A stretch of DNA of 64,000 nt from Heptranchias perlo (taxonomy: Eukaryota), in NCBI RefSeq assembly GCF_035084215.1, contig NC_090356.1, positions 18,786,001 to 18,850,000 of the forward strand. Direction: 5' to 3'. The notes beneath the pieces are model-generated. The model worked only from the letters and a program-made list of their open reading frames with translations, did not search any database and was not told where the DNA came from. The position numbers and the translations under genes were made by a program. Positions 23,186 through 36,420 of this stretch are shown one piece after another (positions within the stretch are counted from its first letter, which is position 1; the number at the start of each line of letters is the position of its first letter).

Positions 23186-23560
23186 AAAAGCAAAATATTG
23201 TGGATGCTGGGAAAAACAGAAAAGGCTGGAAATACTTAGCAAGTCAGGCAGCATCTGTGGAGAAAGAAACAGAGTTAATGTTTCAGGTTGTGACCCTTCG
23301 TCAGAACTGGAAAAAGTTGAAGATTAAACAGTTTTTAAGCACGTACAGAGCCAGGGAAAGAGGTGGGGAAGGGCAGGAGTGATTTAAATGACAAAAGGGA
23401 TGATGGTGCAAGACAAGGAGGGCGTTAATGGGATAAGTAAAGAAACAAAAGATGGGTCTAGAGCTGTAAATGGCAACAGCAGAACCATTAGCAGCACTCG
23501 CTTTCTGGGAAAAAAAGGGGAGCAATGGTTATGATCTGCAGCAATGACTGGTGCTGCATT
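23186..23560 (-). mobile_element. Penelope-like element 3' end with a minimal hammerhead-ribozyme core
   Basis: Minus strand: agtt-CTGACGA-agggtcacaacct-GAAA-catt-aact...ctccacagatgctgcctgacttgctaagtatttccagc. Confidence 0.75.
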
Positions 23561-24684
23561 TGATTGTACATGGCTGTACTTAACCTAAGGAATGAAAAGC
23601 GGGAACATATGAGGTCACTGGTCAACAGTTTTTCCTTGTTTGTGTCAACCTTTCTCATGTCTGGGAAAGACCCAATTGAATTATTTAGTGACAAGGCATC
23701 CATGATGCTGAGGCACAATTGTTTGACTTTTATGATCAGATTATGGTGCCGTTTCCATTGTACTGGTTGGTGACAAGCCTGTCAGGATGGAGATGGCTTT
23801 GGGATATACACTGATCCTCGTATGAAATGTAGTCTGATTGCTCACACTTTTCCAAGATCACCCTTCATCTGAGGAAAAAGGTTAGCATTCAGAAATATTT
23901 CCTCAGGGCTCCCACAATGGGTAAAGGCAAAGATTGCCAGTCACTGATGTTAGCAGATCTCAGCTGGGATATAGTTGGGCTGCTACCTAGGGAAATGTTT
24001 TTAAAAATCAGTCAGGATTCTGTACCGTTTTGGAATTTTTGACTTTTTTTCCATAATAAGGATTTGTAAATGAGTTACATTGAAACGGTGTGTGTTAAAT
24101 TAAACTGGATTTTGCATAGGTTTAAAATTCTCCTTCCAGCCCTATGCTGCAGTCAGAGACACGGGAGCTTATATGTTAATGATTCAAGCGTTGAAGATGT
24201 GCTTCACAACAACTGGAGACAGTTGGTAATTCATTATCTTGTTTCTGACTTCCTATAAACATTCGCACCCATTATCATTGGAATGACCATATACATTTGA
24301 GCCCAGCATGCAGTGTCTGCCAAGAAACCACTCTTGGGAGGGGAAGTAGTCGGTCTTATTGACAGGCTTACTGGCGAATCATTGGGAAAGAATTTGGAGG
24401 GACAATCTTCCCACTTCCTATGTTCTAAAGTAACAAAAAGGAGAGGAAAACCTCCTGCATACAGTTAGTTGGTGAGGTCTGTTGAGAGGATGGTCATTAA
24501 GGTCCAGGCAGATCTCCTTTTATGAAGAAAGCTGTTATGCACCATTGTTTTGCTCCAAGTACACTATCCCATGATTAAATATTGGACAGTACATGTGTCC
24601 TCCTGAACCTAAGACACTGAGACCACCAATGGTAGTGACCAGCGCCACTGAACCAGAGAGAATATCTGAAACTTGTAATAGTTC

Positions 24685-24880
24685 CCACTCCTAATTACTA
24701 GCCATTGACTCCTGCTGGAAAGTGTACATATATGGACACTGAGCAAGAGCAGAATTAGATTTGGCTGTGATGCTCTTTGTAATCAAATAGCCTGCCAGTA
24801 CTTGCTGTCTGGGCTCATATGAGGGATGGCTGCTAGGGGCCATGGAACTGTACCCTGGCAAGAGTAGAGAGGAGTTCTGC
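24685..24880 (+). mobile_element. Family-X SINE, 3' part
   Basis: gactcctgctggaaagtgtacat...caaatagcctgccag...catggaactgtaccc. Confidence 0.65.
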
Positions 24881-27131
24881 TCATCCCAGGTGTCCCCTGA
24901 ATCCTGGCAGTAATTTCTGGCCAGAGGTTCAGTGTACACAAATGACTTAATTTGGAAGCAGTGATGTCACCTGTCCCATCTCTCAAGATACTTGAGTGGG
25001 GAGCCACTTACTTCTGCTTGTTAGTCAATAGGGCCTAATAGTCAGCACAAGGAGACTGAGCAGTGGAACTCCCAAAGTTCAAGGAATTGCCTATTTGGAA
25101 CACCTGAGGTGCTCTACTTTAAGTGACATTCGGAGCTGAAATGAGCAGAGTCTAGCAGGCCTGGGAAAGGATTTATTTTAAATAACCTGTTGCTTCATGA
25201 TTCAAGAAGGTCCACCAGCTTTGTCTAGCCATGGCCATTCCTACAGAACTTCCCTGAAGAGAGATTTCAAAATAGTCACTGCCTCAAATGATTTAAAGTT
25301 GCCGATTGGGACAAACCTGAAGGATCCTTGCTTCTAAGTATACAATAGGACGTTGCTGAAGTTTCATGTGGTTTCAGCACATATATATCTAATCATGTTC
25401 AGACAATGGATAGATTATGCAAGTGCTGAAACATTTCTCTCCAGCGAGACTGCAAGGGCCACATTTCAGAAAGGTTCTTCCAAATCTTTGAGAAAACTTA
25501 CTTAATCACTATCTCCTGTCCATCATCTGTTTTCTGAGCTTTCTAAAAATAGTTTCATTTTCTGATGGACCGATTTCAAAGGATACACTTAACAAGTTCA
25601 CAGGTCAAGTAGTTAACCTTGTACTTTCAAGCTCTGGTGCTCTGGTCCACATTTAATTGATGTCTTTGTACAGGCAGCGCCATAATTGTCTTTTTATAAA
25701 AATCTTTTCCTCCACTTCTCTCCTGAAGCCATGGACCTCTTGCTGGGGTAAGGTCCATGCACACTATGGGGGGCCTTATGGTACTTTGCCATACGGTTGT
25801 GCTGGAACTGTTAACTGTGACTTCAGTGAGGTGAGTTGGTTTACTTCAGGCACTCATGGTCAATAAGCCATGCTAGGTTTGGCTAGTATATCCCTATGTG
25901 ATTTGAGAATTCCACCTGTGACAGGAAATCACTACTCCCATCTTTTTATCCCAACACTTTGTGGATCGGCAATAGGGCACCAAATGTGGTAGAAGAGGCC
26001 AGTGTTGACAGAATTAGGTCAGTTTGTAAAGTTGGGTGATTTTGTCCCTTTATAAGACAGACACACACACCAGAATGTACTACTTGCATATGGGAACTGA
26101 CTAAATGATTAAATGCATTTTCCATTATTGGCTTGAACATAGAAAATCTGTACCATATTGAAAGCCGTTCTGCTAGGCCTAGGGATATATCTTTAAATAG
26201 ACAGCAGCTGGACAGGCTGTTCTTGTCTGGTTTCTTCCGGACCAGGACTACACTTGTGTACTGCTAGATTAGACTTCTTTGGTATGTGGGAGATTCTTCG
26301 TTCCAAGAATGAAGACGACCCTTCAAGATGGGTATCTTCTTGATTTTTCTTCTTTTGCCTGGTATAGATTTATGTTTGGTATGATTTTTTTAAAATCATC
26401 TTATCGACTAAATTTGATGCAGTGAGCAAAGGGTTTGCAGCCTGTTCTCTAGGTGTTTTCAATTGTTTTTGCTAAAACATAGCAAAGGGAGATGAAGTGT
26501 GTGATTGGCTTGAAAACAGATTACGCTGATTCCAATTTTCAAGCATGCTTCAGGCGGTTGTCTGTGCTGATGTTCCATCAAAAGTGCCTCCATTTTAAGG
26601 TTATCTCATCTTTCACCCTATGTTGTATTTAAAGTAAGCATTTCAAAAAATCTTCCTGTTCCACGATTTGGTAAAAGGAAAGATCCGTGGAGGAACCTTG
26701 TCGTTGAGATTTTTGGGAGAGAGGACAATGGTGATATGTCTTTCAACTCATCTGGGTAGCTACGGTTGAACCATGAAGGCAGTTGACATTTCATTTGGAC
26801 ACTGGAAAGTACTGGGTGGAGTCCAGGTTGGACACTTCAAATAATTAATTGCATTTGTTATTATATATTGCTGCCTCACTTAGTATGCTAGATCATATCC
26901 ATTTGTTAACACAGCATGATTGAAGTATTCAAGGACCCATCAACTCCTGACCTTCAATCTTTCTGGGATAAATATCATCTCTCAACCTGACTCTTAAATA
27001 TTGAAAATGGCAGTCTGGTCATCTACCTTCAGAATTCTAGTTGGAACAGTATGCATGAGTAAGAACTTGGACATTCACAGCACTGAACCCAACACTAACT
27101 CCTGCTAAAGCTAATTGTCTTTATTTTTCAG

Positions 27132-27234
27132 GCCAACCAAGATCACCCAGTTGGAGGAGACCAGGCAGCAGAGCAGTGTAATTCGACAGCCCCTGGGCCC
27201 TGATGGTACACAAGGCTTCAAACAGCGCAGATAA
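27132..27234 (+). CDS. SZRD1: SZRD1 exon 4, coding part (SUZ-C motif, stop)
   Basis: ttttcag|G acceptor. Translates [33 protein letters not shown]. Joined CDS is 453 nt, 150 aa. Confidence 0.96.
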
Positions 27235-27342
27235 AACGTGGGCCAGCGAGCGCGCTTTGTAAAACAGAACTCTCCATGACCGAGCGTGCAGTGTTGGACA
27301 GAGAAAACGGACTCTAGCAGAGGACCTGATCTGCTTCTCTTG

Positions 27343-27416
27343 CACTGTGATCCCTTTTGCTCCGCCCACTGTGACCTTTCTCCTTGCGCACTGTGACCCC
27401 TGCTCCGCCCACTGTG
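27343..27416 (+). promoter_or_regulatory. Cluster of miR-128 / miR-27 seed-match sites in the SZRD1 3' UTR
   Basis: CACTGTGA at 27343, 27367 and 27389; CACTGTG at 27410. Confidence 0.75.
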
Positions 27417-29469
27417 GTTGGCACACTGCTGTGAGCTCTCCAAGGAAACCGTGAGGGGGAGGTTTCTTGCAATCAGACTGGCCAAGAATACATTGTGTGC
27501 CATTTCTAACCAGAAATTTGCTCCAGCAATAATACTGTTTAAGAATGTTCGATAGTTTTATCTTTTAATTTCGGAAAAGAGTTTGACTATGTATTAGTGA
27601 TGGGTGCTGTCTGTCTTTTCTCATCCCACACTTCACAGGATTGTTTTGGTTTCTTCCAATCTGGCCCATTGCCACAGGATAGTCGTTCAAGGGTAATTAT
27701 CTTACTATGCGAAGTATGTCAAAAAAAATCCATCAGAAATGCACCCATTTTAAAGTTGGCTCATCTTTAGCTATTTATTGTAGGTTGTATTTAAAATAAA
27801 TGTTTTCAAAACATCTATCTGGAGAAACAGGACAAGAACTTAATGATCCACAAAAGGAATGTGGAGAACAGGCTTGGGCTGTTTGGCACAGCAGACCAAG
27901 AGGTACAGAGCAGTTGTGTTCAGTAGTGCAGGTGGTCTGTTGCACAGCCAATTCCTGTCAGATTCCTGTCCTCCCATCTATAGTAAGAGAGCAAGTCCGT
28001 TGGTTAACGGAAAACTAGCCGAGGAGGGGGTGGGAAAAGAGAAAAGCTCTAATAGTGGCCGCGAATGTTGCTGTATCTCATCCACCTGAATGTGGTTAGC
28101 TGCAGTGACCAAATCCCAGCTGACCACCAGGATTTATTTTTACACTGAAAACTAATGTGGTGAGATTAAAAATATGGCCCATTAGGGTAGCACTTAAGGT
28201 GCAAGCTGCATAATGCTGTGGTCACGTGATCTTATTCCAGCACTGCCTTATGCTCAAATTCACCAGCCATGCTTTGTGTGTGGTGGTTTTTGGTATAACC
28301 TGCAGGATAGGTATAACTTGCAGTAGTAGAAAATCTCTTTGTAAAAGAGGATGTTTTAGCAAAGGTCATGCCTGTAGTTAATGCTGCTCCCATTGTGGGT
28401 CAGTGCAGAGCAGTATTACTGCCAGAAACTGGGAAGGTTTCCAATTTGTTCTATCTGGAATCCTCCCCAGTTGCATGAAGGGAAGGAATAGGCGGAAAAG
28501 AGAAGGACAGAAATAAATGTAAATTTTTAAAAAGGGAAATAAAATGGTTTCAATCAAATTATATGTTCCTTAGAGAAGCTAAAAGGGTTGAGGCGAAGTC
28601 GTGGAGCCTGAGGTTTTGGTACTGTGTTTCTGTCTCCCTTCTGGTGGTTGTGTGCGTTCTGCGCCCTGCTCTATGACACTAAAGCAAGGTGTTGCAGTTA
28701 TTGCCCATCACTACTACATACTCTTAGTATTTTTCAAGGCAATGCCTTTATTTTGTAGAATTTCAAAAAAAACTTTCTAGGTCCATCTAATGTTAAGGGC
28801 ACGTATGTAATTTCTTTTTTGTATGGCTCGCACGCGAGCTGATGCAGCCATCTGTCTTGTGTTTGCGCACATGCGCACGTATATGTGTTTGTGTACGTGT
28901 GCATTCTGTATATGTGTCTGCCTGCGAACAAAATACTGCTTTGGGGGGTGGGTGGGGAAATTAATTGATGAAGCTTGGTACATTTGAACCAGTGCTTGGA
29001 AAAAACATTAGCCACCTTACTCCTATACAGTTGCTAGCACCGCCTCGCAATATGCTAGCCATCAGATTATTTGACTGGGGCATAAAATACAGCTCAATTG
29101 ATTTGGACTGGGGTTGAATAATTTGATTTGGACTGGGGCTTCAAATGCTGTTAATAGCCAGGATGAAAACTGCAAAGTGTCAGGCCCTAGAAGTATTTTA
29201 AACTTCTGTAACGAGCAATATCCAAGGTGCTTCCCCGGCAGTTGTGTTAAATTCTAAGCTAATGTAACACTTTTTATTTTCCTGTGTAACTTCTTCCCAG
29301 GTTTGAGATGTTAGTCACTTAGTTGGTGAGATGTTTTTACGCAACCTAGCATGTCAGTTGATCAATGGACTGACACTAAACCTGATCTCTGGTGTTCGTG
29401 AACCTGGTGCAACTGAAACAATCGCCTGAGATCCTTCAGAATATATTTTGTTTTTTAAATGATTAAATG

Positions 29470-29840
29470 GCTGGCTCCCACTGGTTCTGTGGGTTAATAC
29501 ATTGTGTGATGTTGTATACCAACCAGAAAGGTGGTAATTTTATCCAACCTCAGCCATGGCAGTGGTGGCTCTACAAGTGGCCTCTGTGGAGGGGAAAGTC
29601 TGGCCAAGGCTTTTGTTCTGAGTGGTTATTCACTGACCATTAGAAGTGGGCATGGGCTCAGTTGTAATCTTGCTGCTTTTTCTTTTTCTTTCTCTTTCTC
29701 CCCCACCCCCCCCCCCCCCTCACCACCAGTCAAATAGCCTGCTGGTGCACATTGTCCAGCTCGCACATCACTTATACGAGGTACTGCCTGTGGAACTGTA
29801 CCCAAGCCTGAGTAATGCCTTCAGGAGAGGAAGGATGAGG
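29470..29840 (+). mobile_element. Family-X SINE, degraded
   Basis: ctacaagtggcctctg...gtcaaatagcctgctg...gtggaactgtacccaag...ccttcaggagagg. Confidence 0.6.
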
Positions 29841-32800
29841 ATGGAAAATTTAAGATTACTACTGGATTGGGGGAATTTTATATTGCTACAAAAAGAGAAG
29901 TACAAATATTTATGTACCTAAAAGCACAGTCGGATTAATCAAGCAGGTAATAGTTTTATATTTCCCAGCCAGAATTACAATCAGGCGACTAGTTTTTATC
30001 AAGCTCTGGTTTTGTTTCTTGCAGTTATTGATTTCAAAGCCCTTGTGTCTAATGGTAAGCCAAAAAAAAAATAGTTTACAAATTGAGCAAACGTATAGTA
30101 GATTACAGCAGAAAGCTAGCACTGGTATGAAATGCGTTGTGCAACATTCTGGTGTTTGTGTGGTCTTTTGGACTTGAGGGTCATTGCCGAGGAGGAGAAA
30201 TGTGTTTGCAAACACTGGTATTGTACAGACAGAATGAAATAGTGACAAAGTCAACACTAGTCTTGTGACCAGGTCTGTGGAAGAGGTGCCATGTTCAGTT
30301 TGCTTGGACTGGAGGAATCGAAATGGGCTTGAAGAACATTGCGCACTATATCCATTTATCAGCAAAATATAAGCAACAACCGCAGATGCTGAATTTGGTG
30401 TTCTGAACAAAATCAGGGTGCAACTCAGTACGATTGCAGACAGGGCAACGGTTAAAGACCAGTTTTAGCTCAGTAGTAGGTCAGTGGGAGTTGTGGATGG
30501 GATGCAGATAAAAAGGCTGGTGATAGATTGGGGGAACAGTCTGCCCAGTGAAGCTCAGTGAGACTTCTGAATGTGGTCAGTTGTGAATCTTGTTAACCTT
30601 TGCATGTTATGGGGTCTGTCAAAGTGTGGAGAAAGTCCTAAATGAAACCCTTTAACTTAACCCCTTTTAATGAAGTAAGTCAACACAGATTGTCCTGCCT
30701 TGTGAAATTATTGACGTTCTGATCTCTGCTGATTCAGAGACTGCAGAATGATGGTCCTACCTGTCCTCCAATAGGGCTAATACCTGGCCCCTGCCCATCA
30801 CCTTCCCAGAAAGCTTTGCTGAGATCAGACTCTTCTGTTTGGAATTGTTGTTACAGACCTGCGTATGGTAGAGCAGTGCCATCCAGAATTTCAGGAATCT
30901 TCCTTTTTAGTAGGTATGATTTGACCCATAGGAATGGGTACGTTGTAAAAAATCAGTGACGTGAACAATATATGGTAAAGTTGACAGTAATCAGAGCATA
31001 TTGCTGTCACTGGACCTGCCCTATATTCCCAATTGGCCAGTAAAGTATTTGTGGGAGCCAGTGGATAAAGGATAATTATCAAGCGATAATGAGTCTAAAC
31101 TTAGTTATACAGGGAGCTGTGTAATGAAGGGGGAGGGTGTCAATTTGCAGATGAACTGTGGCATCTGATGTAGACTGCTGTCCTCTCACTATGCCTGTTC
31201 TCTGTCACAGATATCACAAAAAAATCAATAATTAAATTATTGCAGAGATGCAAAAGTGGTACTGGTACATTTCAAGCCATGTGAAAGGCTCTTGTTTCAT
31301 TGTGAGATCAGCTGGTTTGGTGAACAGAAGAGGGCAGCTTCATGCTCAGTACTGGATTCCAGGCCTTTGAGAAGTGTGGGTCCCTTTTTTAATGTATCTT
31401 AATCAGGGCCACTTTGGTGACTGAATAAGCTAAATTCTGTCTGGTTATATCCGATTACCAGATTTTTACTAGTCTTTTGGGGAATGCATTCTGTGCAATT
31501 CTTTCATGAAAACGGTAAACTAGTGGCCTTCATCTTAATTCCCATAGAGATTTACTTTAATCACCAAGTTGATCCGGGCTCTCAAACAGCCAGATATTGG
31601 TGATGTACCAGCATTCCGTGTGACTTGGAAGTAGCTGGTTCAGGGGTGTCCGTCCCCGTTGTTAGTGCTCGCAAATGGACAAGTTCTGAACTAAATTTGG
31701 CAAATTGGCAAAAAAGTGAAAATGGACCTTGAAATTCATACTTGATGTTGACTTAAAGGTTGTTTGTATTGAGTCTCAAGGTAACTAACATCTGAATTGT
31801 GTGTAACTGGTGTCTGAGCAGAAGACAGATTATAATGGAATTTAATACACTGGGTGGAATTTGTAATCTACTGAAAATACTGTGGGACCTTCAATAATGT
31901 CACAAGGGACACTAAGTGTCCTGTGATTATCATTGGCATTGTAGCAGCTTGAACAACAAAACTATATTGCAAAATTTCTGTATGTGATGGGTAGCCAAAT
32001 AATTTGAGGTTGGGAGGACGTTTCTTCAAGAACAATGGAACCCCTTGGTTATATTGCAGCTTTTTACTTGCCAGGTATCTTTTTTTAGAAATGAGGTGGG
32101 TTTTTTTTTCTAAATGTATGGAAGGAGTACTGAAGAAGATTTAGGTGGTTCCCAATTTAAATGTAAAACAACAATGTCCTTTTCTCCCTCTTCCCCCCCC
32201 CCCCCCCCCACCCCCCCAATGTTAGCAGTCACCTTGTCCCTAGTCAGAAGGTTGGGACAATACAGCCAGTTGACCTCTTGAAGGACTGCATCGTGAGGAG
32301 TTGTGCTTCAACAGTGTCACTTGCCAATACCTTTCATTCTGCAGAGAATGTTATAGACTGGAATTTGGACTTGTAGAGCATTGGCCTGCAGTCTTAACAT
32401 AGCTAATGGACTACTACATCTGAATGTAAGGCAAAATAGCTAATGAAAGAGTACCACCTCTGCCTTTACCAGAGAAACAGGTCATCAGGCTGATTGCTAA
32501 ATGTAGAGAGGATTTGTAGAATTGACCTCTTCAAACATTCTGGTTGTCACTGTGGCAGCAGTTCATGTGGAAGGTGGCTTCCCCATGCTCAATGTGTTTG
32601 ATGGGTTCAGTTAGTAAGTGATAGTAATATAAAGGGGCTCATGATTTCCATTACACTGTGGTCAGTATATCTTGTTGCTAAGATGCTGAAATGTTGGATT
32701 CTTGACACGTGTTGGGTTTCTAGTCTGATCATGTTCAGTTTTATCCCAAGTATGACATGTGCCACTCATATATAGTCTGTCAGAGCAAGGAGGAACTTGC

Positions 32801-34959
32801 CAGGAAGCCCCACATCAATCAAGTGAACATCTTGGGAAATCATTTGTGGTGGTGCCTAGAATGCACTTAGAGATGGCTGAGAACTGAACTGTCTTATACT
32901 CCTGACTTGGCAGATGGGAGGAAACAAAGAAATGGGGAAGGAGAGAAGAACTAAAAATGAAAATCTTTACAAACTAGTCTGATAGATAAGCTTGGACCAC
33001 TGAAGGATTCTAGGGTTTTGCAGAAAGACTTAAGGTATAATGTACAAAGTGGCTCCTGTGCACATTTCCTTCAGTTTTATACTACTGGCTTAGTGCAATC
33101 AATATGTCCAGTCTCAATTTGTGAGTAAGTACATGAACTAAAAAATTTTTATGTTCTAAATCTATCCCTTTAAACAATGGTTTCTCTGATGTAATGCTGT
33201 GGTGGTTCTTTAAAGCTGAGTGTAGGCCAGCAAAAGGACCAATGATGCATGTCAAACCAGCAAGGTTTACAAGTGGCATTTATGGTTGTATTACGAGGGT
33301 TATTATGGGAGTATGCTGCTTTATTGCTATCGATGCAGTTCATTTTTCATAACTTTAGCCCCCACCCCCACTAATTTTCCCCCTTGAAGTTTTCCAAGTC
33401 AGTCCTGCTGCTACTTCTGGGAACATGATTCATCTTAGAGTTGCCCTGACTCGGAAGGGTTTAGGAGCTCAGGCTTAGTTTTCATGGACTTATGGTTTGG
33501 TTATTAAGCTTGCACCTTATTAGTAAATGCAGGCAAAATTCGGTGTGTCTGCTGCAGCTTTCACCTGACCCATGTGGCATAATAAAACTACTGTCCATTC
33601 ATTAGGACCTTTTGAGGATTTAGGTGTCCTGGTGGATACAGACGGATGCTTATGCTACACACCTGCGGTTGTCAGATCAATACCTGACTAGAAAAGATGC
33701 TGTTCTGTGCAGCTGTGGCTTCACTTAGATGAGACTGTTGCACATTGCAGGAGCTTGAGTGACTTCACCTGGATCCTGAGATTTATTAAATTGCCTCAAC
33801 TTACTGGTTTTCATTTATAAACTCTGCAGGTTCTTAAAGGGCATCATCTCCATGGAAAAAATGTTTTATTTGGGCAAATGATGCAATAACAAATTGCATC
33901 ACTCATCTGTGACCTTGTTGCATCAAAAATTGTATGTCTCCTTAAATCCTGGAAATACACAGTTGGTCAGTCAACATCTGAAAGAGAAAGATCTGTAAAT
34001 GCTTTGACTGGGACACTTGACCAGAATGGCTGTTCTCTGTCACCAAACAAAAACAAAGTTTCTTGGAGCACTTTATGAAGAAACTGCCCCTTTAAGCTTG
34101 CAAAATCCTTACTCAGTGGAAGTGTCTATCAGGTCCTTGCATGCTGTTGCACTCAGTCAGTGGAAATGGTGCACTCTTATGTGCTGTTTGGTTAGTGATG
34201 TAAACAACTGTTGGATACCAGTGCAGAATCTAAAGTAAATTATTCTTGATTGTGTTGACTAGCAGGTTATTGTCGGGTAAGATGTCTATCACTGTATTTT
34301 GTCTTTATTTACTGGCAATGTACACATAATGTAACATTTGTGGGATTCAGTGTTAACAGCTGCTGTTTTTTGGTTGAATTTATTAGTCCTTTATATTTGC
34401 AAGAAGGCTGGGAAAGATGTGCAAATACTGTTTTTAATTGCCTGTATAATATCTTTATCAACAAATAGATGCTTTTGCTACTGCTTTCCTTTTTAATTTT
34501 ATATTGTATCCTGCAAAATCATCTGGACCCCTTGAAGCAGCATTTTCATACAACGTTCAGCAAAAGGAAAGTTCTGGTCTGAGTGCTGAGCATGATCTGT
34601 ACAACTTCTGTTTATAACTGACTGGCAAAGTTAACTATATTTTGAGTAAAATTTTATAAGTTTAGCCTCAACAGTTTGGCCTTATTTTTGGTGTGATTTG
34701 TTCTTTGTCTGATTTGAGGAATGTTTCTTAAAGTAAACAGACCCATTCCCCTCCGATTCCAGTATATTTTTTTGTGACAGGTAGAATAGAGTGTGAGAGA
34801 TTGAAAAAGGAACCCAAGAATATAGGAATAGGAAAAGGATATTCAACCTGCTAGGCTCTTTCTGCCATATTTCAGACCTTCAGGATTGCTCAGAGCAGTC
34901 TTATTTCCTTCCTGCCTTAGTTTGAATCCTCTCTTTCTCTACTGAGCCCCGCTGTAGGT

Positions 34960-35135
34960 TCAATTCTCAGCAGGTCTGACGCATCTGAAAAGAACAAAGA
35001 ATAGGTTTCAATTTTGGGTGTATACTCTTTGTAAGAACTCTGAATGCTTCTGATGAAGGAACTGTACCTGAAATGTTAACCTGTCTTTTAAGATGCTGAT
35101 TGATCTGTGTATTTCTGCATGCTTTGCTGTGTCTG
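34960..35135. mobile_element. Decayed Penelope-like inverted-pair remnant with a hammerhead-like core
   Basis: ctcagcaggtctgacgcatctg on the left arm; CTGATGA-agg...cct-GAAA-tgttaac at 35050-35080; then agatgctg...tatttctgcat. Confidence 0.55.
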
Positions 35136-35744
35136 AATTCAGTAAAGCGTCCTTAGAATAGCTAACGTGCCAAAGGCGATTGGGGATAGCATTTAGGTAG
35201 ATGTATTTGGCAGAATAGAAAGATGAGATGTGTAACTCTTGATCATGTCTCTTGTCATTTCCATGCCTTTGCTTTTTGAGATTCTGTTTTTCTGATCTTC
35301 CTCCCAAACTCTGTTCCTTTCTCTCCTGAGTTCAACTGTCCCCATTCATGTTATATCTATACCAAACATGTCAAGATTAGTGTAGTAAGACAGCAATCCA
35401 TTCTGCCTGAGTTGATGCACAATATATACTGTATTGTAACAGCTACCTGATTAGCATGGTATAAAGCTATTAGGAGTACTATTAAGAGTATTCAGATGAT
35501 TAAACTGATTGTGACATTTTAATATTGGATAGATTAGCTCAGCAGCTTTACTAGGGGTAGTGTAGGATGAAAATCAGTTCACTTTCTCTAATGCAATGAT
35601 TCATTTCCAGACAATTTTCTGTATTACGATTTATCTAGCTTTGATCTTCATGTGTCTGAGCAGCTGTATGTATAAATATTCCTGGACAGATCACTGCATT
35701 AAAATGGGAATCATTAATGAGAACCAACACTAAGCATTGAATAA

Positions 35745-36035
35745 TAACTTGCATTTATATAATACCTTTTTAATATAGAAAAAGTCCCAAGGTGCTTCAC
35801 AGAAGCGTAGTCAGATAAAATTGACACTGAGCCAAAGAAGGGGAGATTAGGTGGGGTGACTAAAACCTACCTTTTGACGAAGCTTTTAGGGAGGGAAGAG
35901 AGGTGGTGAGGTTTAAAAGGGAATTTCCAAATTTAGGGCTTAGGCAGGTGAAGGAAGGGCTACTAATGGTAGAGCGAATAGAATTGGGGGGGGGGGGAAA
36001 GGGGTGGACAAGAGGCTAGAGTTGGAAGAATGCAG
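35745..36035 (-). mobile_element. L2 LINE 3' end
   Basis: Begins acttgcatttatataatacc...tcccaaggtgcttcacag, the reverse complement of the L2 tail at 740-795. Confidence 0.7.
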
Positions 36036-36169
36036 AGTGATCGTACAATAAGCAAAAAGAAAATAAACTGATTAAATGATAGCTCTTTCATTACATATCT
36101 GATCCCCAAGTGCCAAGATTACTTTTTCCTTGTCTGTTTATCCTCCCTTCTGAAGGTATTTACTCCTAC

Positions 36170-36420
36170 TCTAAAGCACCCAAGTGGCCATTCTTTATGC
36201 CTGAACCTAAACATGAGTGCCACTACTTTTTGACTGCTATCACTATTTGACTGCTGGGAGAACCTAATTCTATCTTCACTTGGTATCCACGAATGTTGGG
36301 ATCATTGGAACTCTGATTGCAGCGAATTGCAGTGTGCCAACTGCTGCTCTAGCTGAGATCGGCTAACTCAGCACAGAACAGAAATTGAACTTGAAACCTT
36401 CTGGTCCGTATGACTTGACC
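36170..36420 (-). mobile_element. Family-X SINE, degraded
   Basis: cccaagtggccattctt...agctgagatcggctaactcagcacag. Confidence 0.6.

Noticed and set aside
28830-28925. Alternating purine-pyrimidine tract with an NRF1-like word
   Set aside because: It looks like a decayed (TG)n/(CA)n microsatellite, with no promoter context.
32193-32217. Poly-C/poly-G runs (also near 29700, 36805, 48895, 51680, 58435)
   Set aside because: Common homopolymers with unreliable lengths and no support for function.
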